From an uncultured Acidobacteriota bacterium (GTDB lineage: Bacteria > Acidobacteriota > Vicinamibacteria > Vicinamibacterales > 2-12-FULL-66-21): a DNA stretch of 64,000 bases. Where the stretch lies: positions 221,072-285,071 of the forward strand of contig CAWIWL010000021.1 of the NCBI GenBank assembly GCA_963839705.1, in the 5' to 3' direction. A model generated the notes under the pieces. That model searched no databases and was not told where the DNA came from. It saw only the letters and a program-made list of their open reading frames with translations. A program made the position numbers and the translations under genes. Below are positions 63,500 through 64,000 of the stretch, piece by piece; position 1 is the stretch's first letter, and each line of letters begins with the position of its first letter.

Positions 63500-64000
63500 C
63501 TAGGCGAGTGATGAGAAGATGAGACTGGCGTTGGTCCCGCCGAAGCCAAACGAATTCGTCATGGCATGCATGATCGGCATCGGCGCAGCACGGTGCGCGA
63601 CCAGGTTCAATCCGTTGTCCGCATCCGGGATCTCGAGATTGATGGTCGGCGGGGCCATTTGATCTCGAAGGGCGAGGACCGTCAAACCAGCTTCGACGGC
63701 GCCAGCAGCGCCGAGCAGATGGCCCGTCATCGACTTCGTGGAGCTGACACCGAGGTCGCGCGTATGGCGGCCGAACACGTGCTCGATCGCCGTGGCTTCG
63801 GCGCGGTCGCCTAAATGGGTCGAGGTGGCGTGCGCATTGAGATACTGAATCTCGCTCGGTCTCACGCCGGCATCCTCTAAGGCCGCGGTCATCACACGCG
63901 CGACCCCTTCGCCGTCTTCAGGCGGCGTCGTCACATGATGCGCGTCGGCGGTCATCCCGTAGCCGACCAACTCGGCGAGTATCGGTGCGTCGCGCCTGCC
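63500..64000 (-). CDS. fabF: beta-ketoacyl-ACP synthase II, C-terminal part (5' end outside window)
   Basis: GYGMTADAHHVTTP, LNAHATSTHLGD, SSTKSMTGHLLGAAG and NSFGFGGTNASLIF are canonical KAS II motifs. The frame is open to the window edge. Confidence 0.9.
   Translation of the reverse strand, partial: GRRDAPILAELVGYGMTADAHHVTTPPEDGEGVARVMTAALEDAGVRPSEIQYLNAHATSTHLGDRAEATAIEHVFGRHTRDLGVSSTKSMTGHLLGAAGAVEAGLTVLALRDQMAPPTINLEIPDADNGLNLVAHRAAPMPIMHAMTNSFGFGGTNASLIFSSLA

Noticed and set aside
1-64000. A prophage, integrative element or IS insertion explaining the accessory patch
   Set aside because: No integrase, transposase, recombinase, phage structural or tRNA attachment-site signature was recognised on either strand. 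The only mobile-looking items are short non-autonomous repeats.

Overview
GC-rich bacterial chromosomal segment. No rRNA, tRNA, CRISPR array, transposase or integrase gene was recognised. The gene content looks Acidobacteria-like, which is an inference from families only: PadR with duplicated MacB/FtsX-type (ADOP-like) permeases, a CarboxypepD_reg-type TonB-dependent receptor, a PSCyt/DUF1549/DUF1553 plus DUF1501 pair, and BlaI/BlaR1. I support about 55 protein-coding genes. They fall into six groups. (1) Housekeeping: pckG, aroQ, can and a partial fabF. (2) A TldD/PmbA pair. (3) A kaiC-kaiB-kaiB-hybrid histidine kinase cluster beside a cNMP/CBS/DUF294 plus exonuclease pair. (4) Two toxin-antitoxin pairs, Phd/VapC and DUF433/DUF5615. 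(5) A Ser/Thr kinase. (6) A minus-strand operon running lipoprotein-DinB-HlyD-ABC-TolC. The points most worth a second look are these. (a) kaiC reads without a stop into a complete KaiB module that has its own SD and ATG, and a second overlapping kaiB follows it. (b) There are three apparent single-base phase problems in G/C runs (mscS, the kaiC/kaiB junction, the kinase), so assembly error must be excluded first. (c) Several families of structured intergenic repeats are present, including a 145-nt nested four-helix junction upstream of pckG and a dispersed two-hairpin element with a TCATAAAC box. (d) The same ATGAC..GTCAT palindrome pair sits in the same promoter geometry at two distant loci. 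(e) An in-frame 3 x 24-nt tandem insertion lies inside carbonic anhydrase. (f) The patch at 50.8-55.6 kb is decayed, less GC-rich in places, and carries gene stumps. All functional calls come from motif recognition by eye. No database search was possible.
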